A DNA stretch of 64,000 nucleotides from a virus. Its lineage: Duplodnaviria; Caudoviricetes. The notes beneath the pieces are model-generated. The model saw only the letters and a list, made by a program, of their open reading frames with translations. It was not told the DNA's origin and did not search any database. Of the stretch, positions 46,506-55,666 are shown in pieces. The translations under genes and the position numbers were made by a program. The DNA is taken from positions 12,363-76,362 of the IMG/VR virus record IMGVR_UViG_2834631226_000004; one strand, 5' to 3'. How positions within the stretch are numbered: position 1 is the stretch's first letter; each line of letters begins with the position of its first letter.

Positions 46506-47056
46506 ACGAGATTCCAGACCTTGAGATAAACGATTGGATTGCAGGGTTATCTGCGCTCGCCGCAATTCTCGCGGCTGCTTTTGCTTTTTCGTCGGCGCGC
46601 CAAGCCAAAAGACAAGCGGACGCGGTTCTCGGAGACGTGGAGCCTGTATTCAGCGCCTATCAGCTACCAGACGATGGGAAAAACTATCGCCACAGGGTCG
46701 CCATCGAGATAGTCAACCACAATCGGCTACCGCTCTATGTCCAAAGCATCAGGTTGGAGTACCCTGACTGGGTGCTTATTCACCGTGGAGCGGAAGAAGT
46801 TCGCGATCTTGTTGCCGCACTTTACGATGTAGTAATCGAGAAAAAGCGTGAGCACGTATTTGACGTTCCTTTCCGTCTCGCTGGGCGCTTCTCGAGTGAT
46901 ATGCCTGCAGTATCCACAAGCGTTTTCAATGTGAGATTTCTCGACCAGAACCAGCAGGGCGGTTTTGTACTAGGCTTCATCGTCCATTATCGCATGCATG
47001 GATCGAAGCGGGTTCGAGTTGCGTTTGCCTCGACAGGATTCGACGTTTTGGACTAA
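46445..47056 (+). CDS. Membrane-anchored hypothetical moron (start uncertain)
   Basis: Single TM (WIAGLSALAAILAAAFAF); lower GC; antisense to operon. Confidence 0.6.
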   Translation: MTSSRKQRFLRLLGSGEVGAYEIPDLEINDWIAGLSALAAILAAAFAFSSARQAKRQADAVLGDVEPVFSAYQLPDDGKNYRHRVAIEIVNHNRLPLYVQSIRLEYPDWVLIHRGAEEVRDLVAALYDVVIEKKREHVFDVPFRLAGRFSSDMPAVSTSVFNVRFLDQNQQGGFVLGFIVHYRMHGSKRVRVAFASTGFDVLD

Positions 47057-47589
47057 CCAGCCTCCCGCAGCAGCCCAAGCACCCTCGCCCGCTCCTTGAT
47101 GACGATTTGGCGAACGCGCTCTTTGGTGAGGCCGTGGTCATTGCCGATGGCCTCCAGCGTCTCACCCATCGCCCTTCGCATCAGCATCGCGCCATTGCGT
47201 CCTTCCAGCAGCGAAACAACGCGAGACAGGTCCGTGCCATCCTCCTGATGCGGATCAGTGGAACCCGGCAGTTCCTCAAACGCCGAGAGACTGCAGACCT
47301 CAGCGGACCGCGACTTGGTGGAGTTGGTGCGAACGAACTCCTTCGCCGTACCCCGAACGCAGAGGACGGCCCACGTCCAGAAGGTCTCAAGGCGGCATTC
47401 GCGATGACGGCGCAACATGACGACCATCGCCGACTGAAACAGTTCGTCGGCCGCGTCTTCGTTCTTGGTGATCTTTCGCGCCAGTCTTCGCAAAGCCGGC
47501 TCATAGGCCAGAAGCTTGCGGTCGAACGCGGGACTGCGCGGATTATTATCATTCGCAGCGACAAGCGGCGTGCGTGCTACAAGCGGCAT
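47053..47589 (-). CDS. ECF/sigma70 region 2-4-like factor
   Basis: LRRLARKIT..DAADELFQ; TLEAIGNDHGLTKERVRQI. Confidence 0.8.
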   Translation of the reverse strand: MPLVARTPLVAANDNNPRSPAFDRKLLAYEPALRRLARKITKNEDAADELFQSAMVVMLRRHRECRLETFWTWAVLCVRGTAKEFVRTNSTKSRSAEVCSLSAFEELPGSTDPHQEDGTDLSRVVSLLEGRNGAMLMRRAMGETLEAIGNDHGLTKERVRQIVIKERARVLGLLREAG

Positions 47590-47611
47590 GGTGGTCTCCT
47601 CATGTGGTGGT

Positions 47612-48541
47612 TCAGGCGTTGGTGGCGCCATCAATCCATGTCGTGCCGTCTCGCAGCACATAAGTGATTGTCTCGGCTTCCTCGTCGCAATCTGTCTGTT
47701 CGCCAGGCACGAGAGCCGGAATCGTCAAATGCGTCGGGCAGCCTTCCTTCTGCTCGTCGAACGAGATCGGCTTTGCCCAGCGCGCGCAGGACCAATGACC
47801 GTCTCCACCCATCTCTGGTGAGGAATGGATGCACGACCGGCAAGTGACGCGTGGCCAAGCGTTCTCTTTGCAGACAGGCTTGTGCTTGCAGAAGGTGCAT
47901 TCGAACCAATCAGGCGCATCATTGATGCGCGACGGCGGCTCAGGTGAATTGATGATGCGTTCAAGCCGCGCCAGTAGACGCAGGCAGAACTCCGGATCGT
48001 ATTCGATGCGCTCGGCATAGAGCGTGTCGTCATCTTTACAGCTGACGAGATACAGGCATCGCGACAGGCCGAAGGCGTGCATTCCCAGCTGACATTGTCC
48101 GTAGTGAAGCGGCTTTGCCTTCTCACATCCGTCTTTAACTATCAGCCTCATACCTTTGGCATTGCTAGACTTAAATTCGAGCAGGTGCTCTGTCTTAGGC
48201 GCCTCGACGACGCCCATGGCCTTGCCGTCGCACTTGCCGCGGACGTGCCCTTGCACCAGCCTGATCTTGTCCTGCTGGCCATAGACATCGACGCCGATGC
48301 GCTCGAGGTCGGCAACTAGCCTGTCCTCTTCAATGTTGCCGGTTTCGAACAGACGCAGCTGCCGGCCGTGGTGCTTTTCCAGCGGTGAGGCCCATCGGAA
48401 GGCGTACCAAAGAGCGCGATCGCATGGGTTGTTGGCTTCGCCAACTGATATGCCGAGGCTGTCCCATGACGAGGCTGCGGCTTCATAGGCTTGGTAGATC
48501 GCTCTGACAGTGCTGGATTCTGGCTTGGGTAGTGGGGCCAT
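47612..48541 (-). CDS. PD-(D/E)XK (Cas4-like) exonuclease
   Basis: GKCDG..LLEFKS..HYGQCQ; Cys clusters. Confidence 0.82.
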   Translation of the reverse strand: MAPLPKPESSTVRAIYQAYEAAASSWDSLGISVGEANNPCDRALWYAFRWASPLEKHHGRQLRLFETGNIEEDRLVADLERIGVDVYGQQDKIRLVQGHVRGKCDGKAMGVVEAPKTEHLLEFKSSNAKGMRLIVKDGCEKAKPLHYGQCQLGMHAFGLSRCLYLVSCKDDDTLYAERIEYDPEFCLRLLARLERIINSPEPPSRINDAPDWFECTFCKHKPVCKENAWPRVTCRSCIHSSPEMGGDGHWSCARWAKPISFDEQKEGCPTHLTIPALVPGEQTDCDEEAETITYVLRDGTTWIDGATNA

Positions 48542-48744
48542 TAGACGCCCCACCCCATAAACTTCTTGAGCACGTCACCCATTCGCGCCGCTACGCCGCA
48601 ATGCTCGACCGTCCTGCCGTAGGTGGTCATGTGCTCGCCGTGCGGCTCTGGGCTGTCGTGGCAGCGACGGGCATAGATGACGACTTGGTCGTAGCCATAA
48701 TCGTCGGCGATGCGCTTTGCTGCACTGATTGGGATATCACGCAT
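48541..48744 (-). CDS. Hypothetical protein
   Basis: Coupled ORF. Confidence 0.6.
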   Translation of the reverse strand: MRDIPISAAKRIADDYGYDQVVIYARRCHDSPEPHGEHMTTYGRTVEHCGVAARMGDVLKKFMGWGV

Positions 48745-48934
48745 CGAGCAGCTTCCTTTCGATAGCGTAGCAATCATCGCCGCCGGTATATCCAGAGCTG
48801 TCCTTGATGAAGTGCTTTGTGCCGTCCTGCATAGTGATGACAAGTTGGGTGCTGCCGTATCCGCGATCCAAGTGGACGCTGGCGACGTGGTCGGTGTTGA
48901 CCGAAAGTTCTCGTGTCAATCTGGTCAGCGCCAT
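48737..48934 (-). CDS. Hypothetical protein
   Basis: Coupled ORF. Confidence 0.55.
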   Translation of the reverse strand: MALTRLTRELSVNTDHVASVHLDRGYGSTQLVITMQDGTKHFIKDSSGYTGGDDCYAIERKLLDA

Positions 48935-49989
48935 CAGCTGACCCTCATAGGCATGCAAACGAGCGTAAGCCCATCAAAGCCGTCGGACGTGATCAGCCCC
49001 GGCGTGCCGCTATCCTGCAAGGCCAGCTTGACCGGACCCGACGGCAGCACGTTGAGCACGTCGCGGACGTATGCCGCATTAAAACCGATATCCATCGGCT
49101 CGCCGCTGTATTCCGCCTCAACTTCGTCATTTGCCGACGCCTCGCCAGCTGCAACAGCGAGCGCGATGCTGCCGGGCGCAATGCTGAACTTCACGGCGCG
49201 GCCACGCTCAGACGACACCGTTGAAACGCGATCGGATGCCTTCATCAGCGCATCGCGATCGACAGTCACAACGCATTCGTTCGCCTTCGGAATGACGCGC
49301 TCGTAATCAGGGAATGTGCCGTCGATCAGCTTCGACGTGATGCGCACGTCATCCGACACAATGCGGATTTTCTGCTGGCTTATGGCCACCTGCACTTTGC
49401 CCTTTGGAAGCAAGCCGACGGTCTTGCGAGGCACAATAACGCCTTCGAAGGCTGGCAGCTCCGGGCCGATGTGACGCCCGAGACGATGGCCGTCCGTGGC
49501 AACCGCTTCCGACTTGCTGCCGCCCTTGAAGAACACGCCGTTCAGATAATATCGCGTCTCCTCGGTCGAGATCGCAAACGACACTGGCGCAAACATCGCT
49601 GCCAGATCGATTTCGAATTCTGCGTCGAACTTGTCGTCGCCGAGCGTTGGGAAGTCTTCTGCATGCAACGTCGCAAGAGAAAACCGCGAGCGTCCGGACT
49701 TCACCAGCAGCTTGTCGTCGTCGAGCGTCATGGTGATGTCGCCGGTCGCCTTGCGCGCGATGTCGTTGATCAGCTTGGCGCTAACGCAGATATTGCCGGG
49801 CTTGGTCACCTCTGCAGGAACGCCTGCGGTGGCGCTGATGTCGAGGTCGGTGGCCGTTATCGCAAGCCCGTCGCCTGCGGCAGCAAGCTGGACACTCGAC
49901 AGGATGGAAATGGTGGATCTTGCTTCGACGACCTTCGTCGTGGCGGCAAGCGCACGCGTGAGGTCTTCCTTGTGGATGACAAGGTGCAT
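48934..49989 (-). CDS. dnaN: DNA polymerase III beta sliding clamp (phage-encoded)
   Basis: ATDLD, TEETRYYLNGV, ATDGHRL, LIDGTFPDY, IGFNAAY, MPMR. Confidence 0.95.
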   Translation of the reverse strand: MHLVIHKEDLTRALAATTKVVEARSTISILSSVQLAAAGDGLAITATDLDISATAGVPAEVTKPGNICVSAKLINDIARKATGDITMTLDDDKLLVKSGRSRFSLATLHAEDFPTLGDDKFDAEFEIDLAAMFAPVSFAISTEETRYYLNGVFFKGGSKSEAVATDGHRLGRHIGPELPAFEGVIVPRKTVGLLPKGKVQVAISQQKIRIVSDDVRITSKLIDGTFPDYERVIPKANECVVTVDRDALMKASDRVSTVSSERGRAVKFSIAPGSIALAVAAGEASANDEVEAEYSGEPMDIGFNAAYVRDVLNVLPSGPVKLALQDSGTPGLITSDGFDGLTLVCMPMRVS

Positions 49990-50061
49990 GGGTGTCTCCT
50001 CTGATCGCGGGTTGTCCCGCGCGATGTGTGGTGGTGCCAGCCGTGGCGAGCGGCAGGCGGG

Positions 50062-50895
50062 TTAGGCTGCCCAAGGGGCCGGTTGACGCTTCGGCGGCTC
50101 GTAGCCGATTGGATAGCCGAGACCATCCTCGCCTTCATCGTACCGGCTCTCGTCGAACTGCTCGCCCTTCAACCCAGCGATCTTCTTGAACAAACCGATC
50201 GCGCTGCCTGGCTGCTCTTCGTTGTCGTTTGCCACCCACGATTCCTTGCCTTCATCATCGACGGTCAGGGCAGATATTGCCGCATCGAGAGAGAAAGGCG
50301 TGCCTTCCGTGCCGAGAACAACCTTCTCGCCATAAGCGCCGCCGATCTGGTCTTTCAGCTCCTCCCACGTGTCGATCTTCACCTTACGTCCTGCCAACAC
50401 GATCTTGAGGATATCGCCCTTGCCGATCGTGTAGCCGCGATCCTGATACTTGAGGACGCGCGTCGCCGACGCCAGTGGGTATCGGGTGCCGGAATGGAAT
50501 CGCAGGAATCGCTGTGAATTGTGCTTCAGGAAGTCGTCGTGGAATGAGAATTCGTCACTGTCGAAATCCAGCGCACCCATGACGGCCGTGAAGTCGAACG
50601 CGTCGAAGATGTCCTGCGCCGTCGGGAAGAAATCGAAGTGCATGAACTGGATCGGTGTGCCGCCGCTTTCTGCAAACGTCACGGCACGCTTTGTCGTTGA
50701 GACGCACCAGAAACCATTTTCGTAAGCGTCTGCGACTGCATATTCGAAGGCCTCGCGGCTCTTGAAGTAGACATCAACGTCGTTGATATCTCGATTGGTG
50801 AACACGCTTGTCACCGCTCCGCCGGCCGCGAATGCGCCGGGGATCGGGTAGCATTTCTCCGTGATCTTTCTGGCTTCCGCCTTGTAACTGCTCAT
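50062..50895 (-). CDS. Nucleotidyltransferase (CCA/poly(A)-polymerase head-like)
   Basis: AGGAV..DINDVDVY; FDFTAVMGA. Confidence 0.7.
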   Translation of the reverse strand: MSSYKAEARKITEKCYPIPGAFAAGGAVTSVFTNRDINDVDVYFKSREAFEYAVADAYENGFWCVSTTKRAVTFAESGGTPIQFMHFDFFPTAQDIFDAFDFTAVMGALDFDSDEFSFHDDFLKHNSQRFLRFHSGTRYPLASATRVLKYQDRGYTIGKGDILKIVLAGRKVKIDTWEELKDQIGGAYGEKVVLGTEGTPFSLDAAISALTVDDEGKESWVANDNEEQPGSAIGLFKKIAGLKGEQFDESRYDEGEDGLGYPIGYEPPKRQPAPWAA

Positions 50896-50955
50896 GCAAA
50901 TCTCCTCAAACGTGGTGAATTAGCGGGCCGCTGGTGAGGCAGCCCGCGTTGGTGG

Positions 50956-51513
50956 TTATTTGCTTCCCCAGGGCCGGCGCGTCGTGCCAGCAGCCACAGC
51001 GGCAGGCTTGTTGTCGTTGCTGGCGGCAGTTCGGCGGTTGTCATTGGCGGCGGATGGCTGAGGCGCAGGCTGGTTGGCGTCGATCTCTGGCGCGGGAACA
51101 TTGCCTTCGTCTTCGAAGAAATAGCGTTTGATCTCGGCGCGCGCCGGGTAGCCGTTCTGCGCCTTACCAAGGCCGATCTTGGCAGTGAACGCCAGGAAGT
51201 GAAGCTCTTCGCTGTCCTCGATCGAAGACACGCCAACGGCACGGCAAAGGCTGGCGAACTGCTTCTGCCCGATCTCCTGGGCTTGCGGGTTGGAGTTCTC
51301 GAGATTGTAGGTCGTGAAGAGCTTGCGGCCCTTTAGGCTTTCAGGCTCGATGACCACCATCGTCGTCTTGAGGATGGTGCCGTTGCCTGCCTTCGTCGGG
51401 CCGACGTCGCTGGCCTCGATTTCCAGCTTGTAAATGCCGTTTGGAAGTTCGGCGTAGTCGTTCTGCTGTGTGTCGTGTGCGGTCGCATCAAATCTTTGAC
51501 CAAGTCCTGCCAT
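50956..51513 (-). CDS. DUF669 (SSB-like) protein
   Basis: LPNGIYKLEI..GRKLF..N..N.QAQEIG. Confidence 0.8.
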   Translation of the reverse strand: MAGLGQRFDATAHDTQQNDYAELPNGIYKLEIEASDVGPTKAGNGTILKTTMVVIEPESLKGRKLFTTYNLENSNPQAQEIGQKQFASLCRAVGVSSIEDSEELHFLAFTAKIGLGKAQNGYPARAEIKRYFFEDEGNVPAPEIDANQPAPQPSAANDNRRTAASNDNKPAAVAAGTTRRPWGSK

Positions 51514-51699
51514 GCGTAGTCTCCTTGTGGTGTGGTGGTAGTGGTGGTTAGCGAAGGTAGTAGCGGAAAGGCCCGCTACCGAATTGCGTCGATGCGTGGT
51601 CACGCCAGACATGAATGAGCCAGACCCAGATTAGTTGGCCTGACCGTGTGCGTGCCTTTACCGGATGCCACGCGAACCACGATTCACCGCGGAACATGG

Positions 51700-52506
51700 T
51701 CACGCCGACTCCTCTTCCTCGACTGGCGCGTGCGCCGTGTAAAAGTATTTCGAGAGCTCGGCGAAGCCTTTGCCCTTCTTAAACGGAATGGACGGCGGCA
51801 TGTTGAGACGGTTCTTCGCCAAGAAACCTGCCCGCTCGTCGGTGTAGATGACGCGCTCTGAGCCTGACATACCCTCGGCCTTGGCTTCCTTTTTGCCAAA
51901 GCCCTTGTCGACCTGCTTGACCGACGTGCGCTTGCTCATAAAGAGGAGGGCATCGCTCTTTTCCATAATGATGTCGGTGGCGCGGTCCTGCAACTTTGGC
52001 CGATAGCGGTCATACGCGTCGACGAGAGGATCGTTGAACGACTTGACCTTGCTGTGCAGGATCTGGACGACGTGGACACCTGCACGAGACAATGCGCGAA
52101 TAGCAGACATGTATTCCAGCCAGTCGTTGTCGGCCTCAAGGTAGCCTTTACCAAACGCGGTAGGAGAGCCCTTGTCGTTGCTGTCGATGGTGTCCCAGCC
52201 CATGCGTGCGCAGGTGAAAGTCCACACCATCTTTTCGAACGCATCCAAGCTGTCGATGATGGCAGTCTTGAAATCGTGCTCCTCGGTCAGAAGATGCTCG
52301 AAAGCATCCATCATCTCGTTGAAATTTTCGATTTCGATCGACGGAACGTCTAGATCGACTGGCGTTTCCTCGCCGACGGTGTGCAGGTAGATCGGATTGG
52401 GGAACTCCCCTGCAAGCGTGGTCTTGCCGACGCCGCCGATGCCGTAGACGGCGAGGACGGGTGGCGTTTTGCGCTTGCTCGATCTCAGCTTGTCAAAGAC
52501 TGACAT
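51700..52506 (-). CDS. AAA_24 (Sak4-like) ATPase
   Basis: YGIGGVGKT, IIDSLD, AKNR. Confidence 0.88.
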   Translation of the reverse strand: MSVFDKLRSSKRKTPPVLAVYGIGGVGKTTLAGEFPNPIYLHTVGEETPVDLDVPSIEIENFNEMMDAFEHLLTEEHDFKTAIIDSLDAFEKMVWTFTCARMGWDTIDSNDKGSPTAFGKGYLEADNDWLEYMSAIRALSRAGVHVVQILHSKVKSFNDPLVDAYDRYRPKLQDRATDIIMEKSDALLFMSKRTSVKQVDKGFGKKEAKAEGMSGSERVIYTDERAGFLAKNRLNMPPSIPFKKGKGFAELSKYFYTAHAPVEEEESA

Positions 52507-52592
52507 TAAGCCTCCTCAGTGGTGTGTGGTGAGAATGATGGCGACGATGTAGGCAGCGGCTGCAAAGACGATCAGCCACCGCCAATGAGCGA

Positions 52593-52826
52593 TCAGCGCG
52601 CGAACAGACGGCAAAACAGCCACCAGAATGCTCCAAGGACGGCGATTGCCACGATCGCCAACGGGAACAGCATGATGAGGCCAATGGCCACTACCGCTGT
52701 CAGGGCGGAGAATGCACCGCGCTTCAGGCCGCGAAGGACGTACTTGCGCGGCGTTGGTGTAACCGGCACGTAGTCGATGGGCGGCGTAATGGATTCGGTG
52801 TACCAGGGGGATTGAGGGTTGGTCAT
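52593..52826 (-). CDS. Small membrane protein
   Basis: Hydrophobic C-terminal half. Confidence 0.55.
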   Translation of the reverse strand: MTNPQSPWYTESITPPIDYVPVTPTPRKYVLRGLKRGAFSALTAVVAIGLIMLFPLAIVAIAVLGAFWWLFCRLFAR

Positions 52827-52969
52827 GCTAGGAGCCCCGCGAAGTACAGCAGGCCAACCGTCGGCAGGAAGGCGAGCCACACGATGATTGCGATCCAAAT
52901 GGCAGCGAGCACTAGGCCGTCAGAGAATCCTACCCAGAAGGCCGGCCAGTTCATTGCGGAACCCGTCAT
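52823..52969 (-). CDS. Small membrane protein
   Basis: Hydrophobic, coupled ORF. Confidence 0.5.
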   Translation of the reverse strand: MTGSAMNWPAFWVGFSDGLVLAAIWIAIIVWLAFLPTVGLLYFAGLLA

Positions 52970-53163
52970 CCCTCTACCCTCGCCTTCGCAGCCCGATGAT
53001 AGCTCACAGGTGAGCCGCTCACCCACGTTCCTTCGAACTTGCGTGCCGCGCGTCGCGCCTCGGCCTTCTGCGCAGCGGTGCGGTAAGGCTTGCGATTGAG
53101 CATGTTGATTTTGCCGGTGCGCGTAAGCCCGGTCTGATGCGCAAGGTGCGCCTGTCTCATCAT
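52966..53163 (-). CDS. Small basic hypothetical protein
   Basis: RBS and conserved leader hairpin upstream. Confidence 0.55.
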   Translation of the reverse strand: MMRQAHLAHQTGLTRTGKINMLNRKPYRTAAQKAEARRAARKFEGTWVSGSPVSYHRAAKARVEG

Positions 53164-53216
53164 ATTCTCCTCGTTGTGGTGAAGTGCGGCTGGTTGGTGG
53201 CCAGCCGCTTTGGTGG

Positions 53217-54125
53217 TTAGGCTGCGGCGTCGAAAGCTTCGACAGCGCGCTTTGCGGTCAACAGGTCAATGCCAGCGACCGCGCGCAACTCCTTGATCGC
53301 ATCGATCTTTAGGCCCATCGCAGCCATGTTCTGCCACTTGTGGTCATAGACCGGCTTTGGCTCGTGATGCGTCGTCGTCAGCGTGAACACGCCGAACTGC
53401 TGGCCCTTGTGTTTCGCCGCCAGACGCTTGGCTTCCTTCTCGGCTGCGACGGTGGAAGCATGGACGTGTGGCGTTGAGGACGGCTTCGGCTGGCCGTTTT
53501 CGATTAGGGCGACGATGGTGGGTGTGGGGGTGGGTGGAGTTATCAGTTCGATGCTGTCGATGGGATCTGTCGCACCCCAGCCCTCTTTCGTCCAGTGCGT
53601 GCGAACTGTGCGCTGGTCGACAACCTCTTTCACGACGCCCTCAAGCTTGAGGGTCTTGTGGCGAATAAGGTCACCAACTTTGAACTTGGGCTGCGCGTTG
53701 TCGTTGCTGGGCTTCGCGACAGGCTCTTCGATCCATTCGGCGATGATGTCGTTGTCTTTCAGGCTCAACTTGTCGTCTCGATGAGATGAGCGACCATCGT
53801 CTGCCCATACCGCGCTGGCATAATTGCTGCCGTTGCCGAATATTGCGCAGCTGCCAACAATAAAGGCCGGCCCGACCTTGCGGCCGTCGCGCGTCCTATA
53901 GAACTTGCCTGCCTCGATTTTGATGGTGGCGGCAGAAGGCTCGAGGTTCGAGGCCTTCGCCAACCATTGTCCAGATTCACTGAAATCAACGCTGTACGTG
54001 TCGTCGATCCTGTCGTAACGGATGACCGTGCCGATCTCTCCGGTCTTCCCGAACAGACCGTGCCCGTTGTAATCCTCAGACTTGATCAGTCTAACTTCGT
54101 CACCCTTCTTAAGCTTCCCCATCAC
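53217..54125 (-). CDS. Multi-module protein (SH3/KOW-like units, C-terminal bL12-CTD-like motif)
   Basis: KKGDEV.., FKVGDL..; KIDAIKELRAVAGIDLLTAKRAVE. Confidence 0.7.
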   Translation of the reverse strand: MMGKLKKGDEVRLIKSEDYNGHGLFGKTGEIGTVIRYDRIDDTYSVDFSESGQWLAKASNLEPSAATIKIEAGKFYRTRDGRKVGPAFIVGSCAIFGNGSNYASAVWADDGRSSHRDDKLSLKDNDIIAEWIEEPVAKPSNDNAQPKFKVGDLIRHKTLKLEGVVKEVVDQRTVRTHWTKEGWGATDPIDSIELITPPTPTPTIVALIENGQPKPSSTPHVHASTVAAEKEAKRLAAKHKGQQFGVFTLTTTHHEPKPVYDHKWQNMAAMGLKIDAIKELRAVAGIDLLTAKRAVEAFDAAA

Positions 54126-54403
54126 GCTGCTCCTTCCGTTGTTGTTTCGGCGGTCATCGCGCGCCGTTGTGTGAAGTCGACCTTGACGACATTGGTGTCG
54201 TCGTCCTGTTTTGCCGGCGGCTCGCCATCAGGATCGTGTTCGATCTCGAAGCCGTGCCACCAGATCGTCGAGGCGCCGTCAGCAAGGCGCACCTGATACT
54301 CGCTGCCCCAGTTGCGATCGCCGATGACGACGCCAGTGAGGTGAGGGTTTTGTCTGTTGCGGACCGGATCGCCGAAATTGAAGAATTCGCAGTCGCAGCT
54401 CAT
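54122..54403 (-). CDS. Hypothetical SH3-like protein
   Basis: FGDPVR..TGVVIG. Confidence 0.6.
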   Translation of the reverse strand: MSCDCEFFNFGDPVRNRQNPHLTGVVIGDRNWGSEYQVRLADGASTIWWHGFEIEHDPDGEPPAKQDDDTNVVKVDFTQRRAMTAETTTEGAA

Positions 54404-54762
54404 GCCGCCACCCGCTCACTACGCAGTGCGTAGTCGTTGACCGCCTGCCCCGCCGACAGATCGTCTTCCAAAGCCGGAGCATTGTCGTTTGCGGCGGCAA
54501 GAACGCGCGGGAGCGAAACCGGCATAAGGCCGGAAAGCGTGGAGCATCCGCCGTTGTGCGGTGCCAGGTGCGTCGTGCGGTCGGGATTGTTGTCATTGGC
54601 TGGGATGAAGGCGCGCTGCTTGTGCAAGCCGTATGTGCGCCGAAGCCGCTGGTATGCGGCCATTGGCTTGACGTTGTATCTGGCGGCGATATCTGCGACG
54701 CTCTCACCGTTTTCACGGCGCGCGTGCATATCCGCCAGCATCGTGCTGGTGATAATCGTCAT
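54400..54762 (-). CDS. Small HTH protein
   Basis: GESVADIAARYNV..AYQRLRR. Confidence 0.7.
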   Translation of the reverse strand: MTIITSTMLADMHARRENGESVADIAARYNVKPMAAYQRLRRTYGLHKQRAFIPANDNNPDRTTHLAPHNGGCSTLSGLMPVSLPRVLAAANDNAPALEDDLSAGQAVNDYALRSERVAA

Positions 54763-54830
54763 GTCGTCTCCTCTGGGTGGTGGCCGCTTGGTGGTTGACA
54801 AAGCAGCAGGGTTATGAAACTAAACTAATT

Positions 54831-54847
54831 TTACAAATTTGTCAAGA
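54831..54847 (-). promoter_or_regulatory. ACAAATTTGT operator/-35 copy 3
   Basis: TTACAAATTTGTCAAGA directly upstream of second repressor gene. Confidence 0.7.
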
Positions 54848-54865
54848 TTTCACCAAGGTGGATGC

Positions 54866-55468
54866 ATGCCTGAAGTTAAGTCGCGCCTCCTGCAATCGAT
54901 ACTGAAGGAACAGAAGCGGAGAGCCGTAAAGGATCGCGCTGTCTACGAAGAACTAGGCGTGCCTCAGCAAACCTTCAGCACTTGGAAAGCTGGCGTCATA
55001 CCGAGACCAAGACAATTCCCGGCGATTGCCGCCTTCCTCGGCGTCTCCGAAGATGATGTGGCGGAGATGGCTCGCGAGGCGGCCGAAACCGCCCCGTCCG
55101 TCACGCCGATTACGGTTGCCCGCACGTACGGCAAGATCTCCGACCGTAAGGTTGGCAAGTTCAAATTCGAGCCCATCAACGACGGCCGCAAACGTATTCC
55201 TGAAGGCAGGTACGCGATCATCATCGACACGAAAGTGATGGAGCCAGTCTTCCACGTCGGCGTGAAAGCTTGGCTCGACCCTTCGCGCTGGCCCATCGTC
55301 GGTGACGACGTTCTGGCCCATTCTGGCGGATTTGCCTGGATCGGGCGATTCGAAGGAATGAACAACGGGGCCGTTCAGCTTGGCCGCTATGATGGATCGC
55401 AGCTTGAAGTAAAAAACGTGGAAGCTGTTCATGTCATCGTCCTTTCGGAGCGGGTAGTTACAGCATAG
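54866..55468 (+). CDS. Second repressor-like protein (HTH + degenerate S24-like domain)
   Basis: ELGVPQQTFSTWKAG; C-terminal domain lacks the usual S in DxxSM. Confidence 0.75.
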   Translation: MPEVKSRLLQSILKEQKRRAVKDRAVYEELGVPQQTFSTWKAGVIPRPRQFPAIAAFLGVSEDDVAEMAREAAETAPSVTPITVARTYGKISDRKVGKFKFEPINDGRKRIPEGRYAIIIDTKVMEPVFHVGVKAWLDPSRWPIVGDDVLAHSGGFAWIGRFEGMNNGAVQLGRYDGSQLEVKNVEAVHVIVLSERVVTA

Positions 55469-55492
55469 CAGGCTGGTAACCCGACATGCCGA

Positions 55493-55514
55493 TTGACAAA
55501 TCCTACAAATTTGT
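55493..55514 (+). promoter_or_regulatory. ACAAATTTGT operator copy 4 beside TTGACA
   Basis: TTGACAAATCCTACAAATTTGT. Confidence 0.6.
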
Positions 55515-55666
55515 GTAGGAGATTGGCTGTCCGATGTGGTGTCGGATATGGAATACGCTTCGTTCATGGCTTGGCTCTCGCCGAGTTCTCCTCGAGCGTT
55601 AGTACGAAGGCCGGGGTGGATACGGGTGGTGCCGATCCTTAAGCCCCGGCTTTTGTGTTTCTGGGT

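Noticed and set aside
47668-47676. Self-target of a guide spacer (TTGTCTCGG)
   Set aside because: A lone 9-mer is expected by chance in 128 kb of both strands, and the flanks do not match the partner spacer
47612-48541. Cas4 as part of a CRISPR or adaptation module
   Set aside because: Typical phage recombination exonuclease within the Sak4/SSB/helicase module; no evidence linking it to spacer acquisition
55558-55650. Two more guide units
   Set aside because: Stems are present (CTTCGT/ACGAAG; GCCGGGG/CCCCGGC) but the box motifs and 9+9+9 spacing do not fit; possibly degenerate units or a terminator
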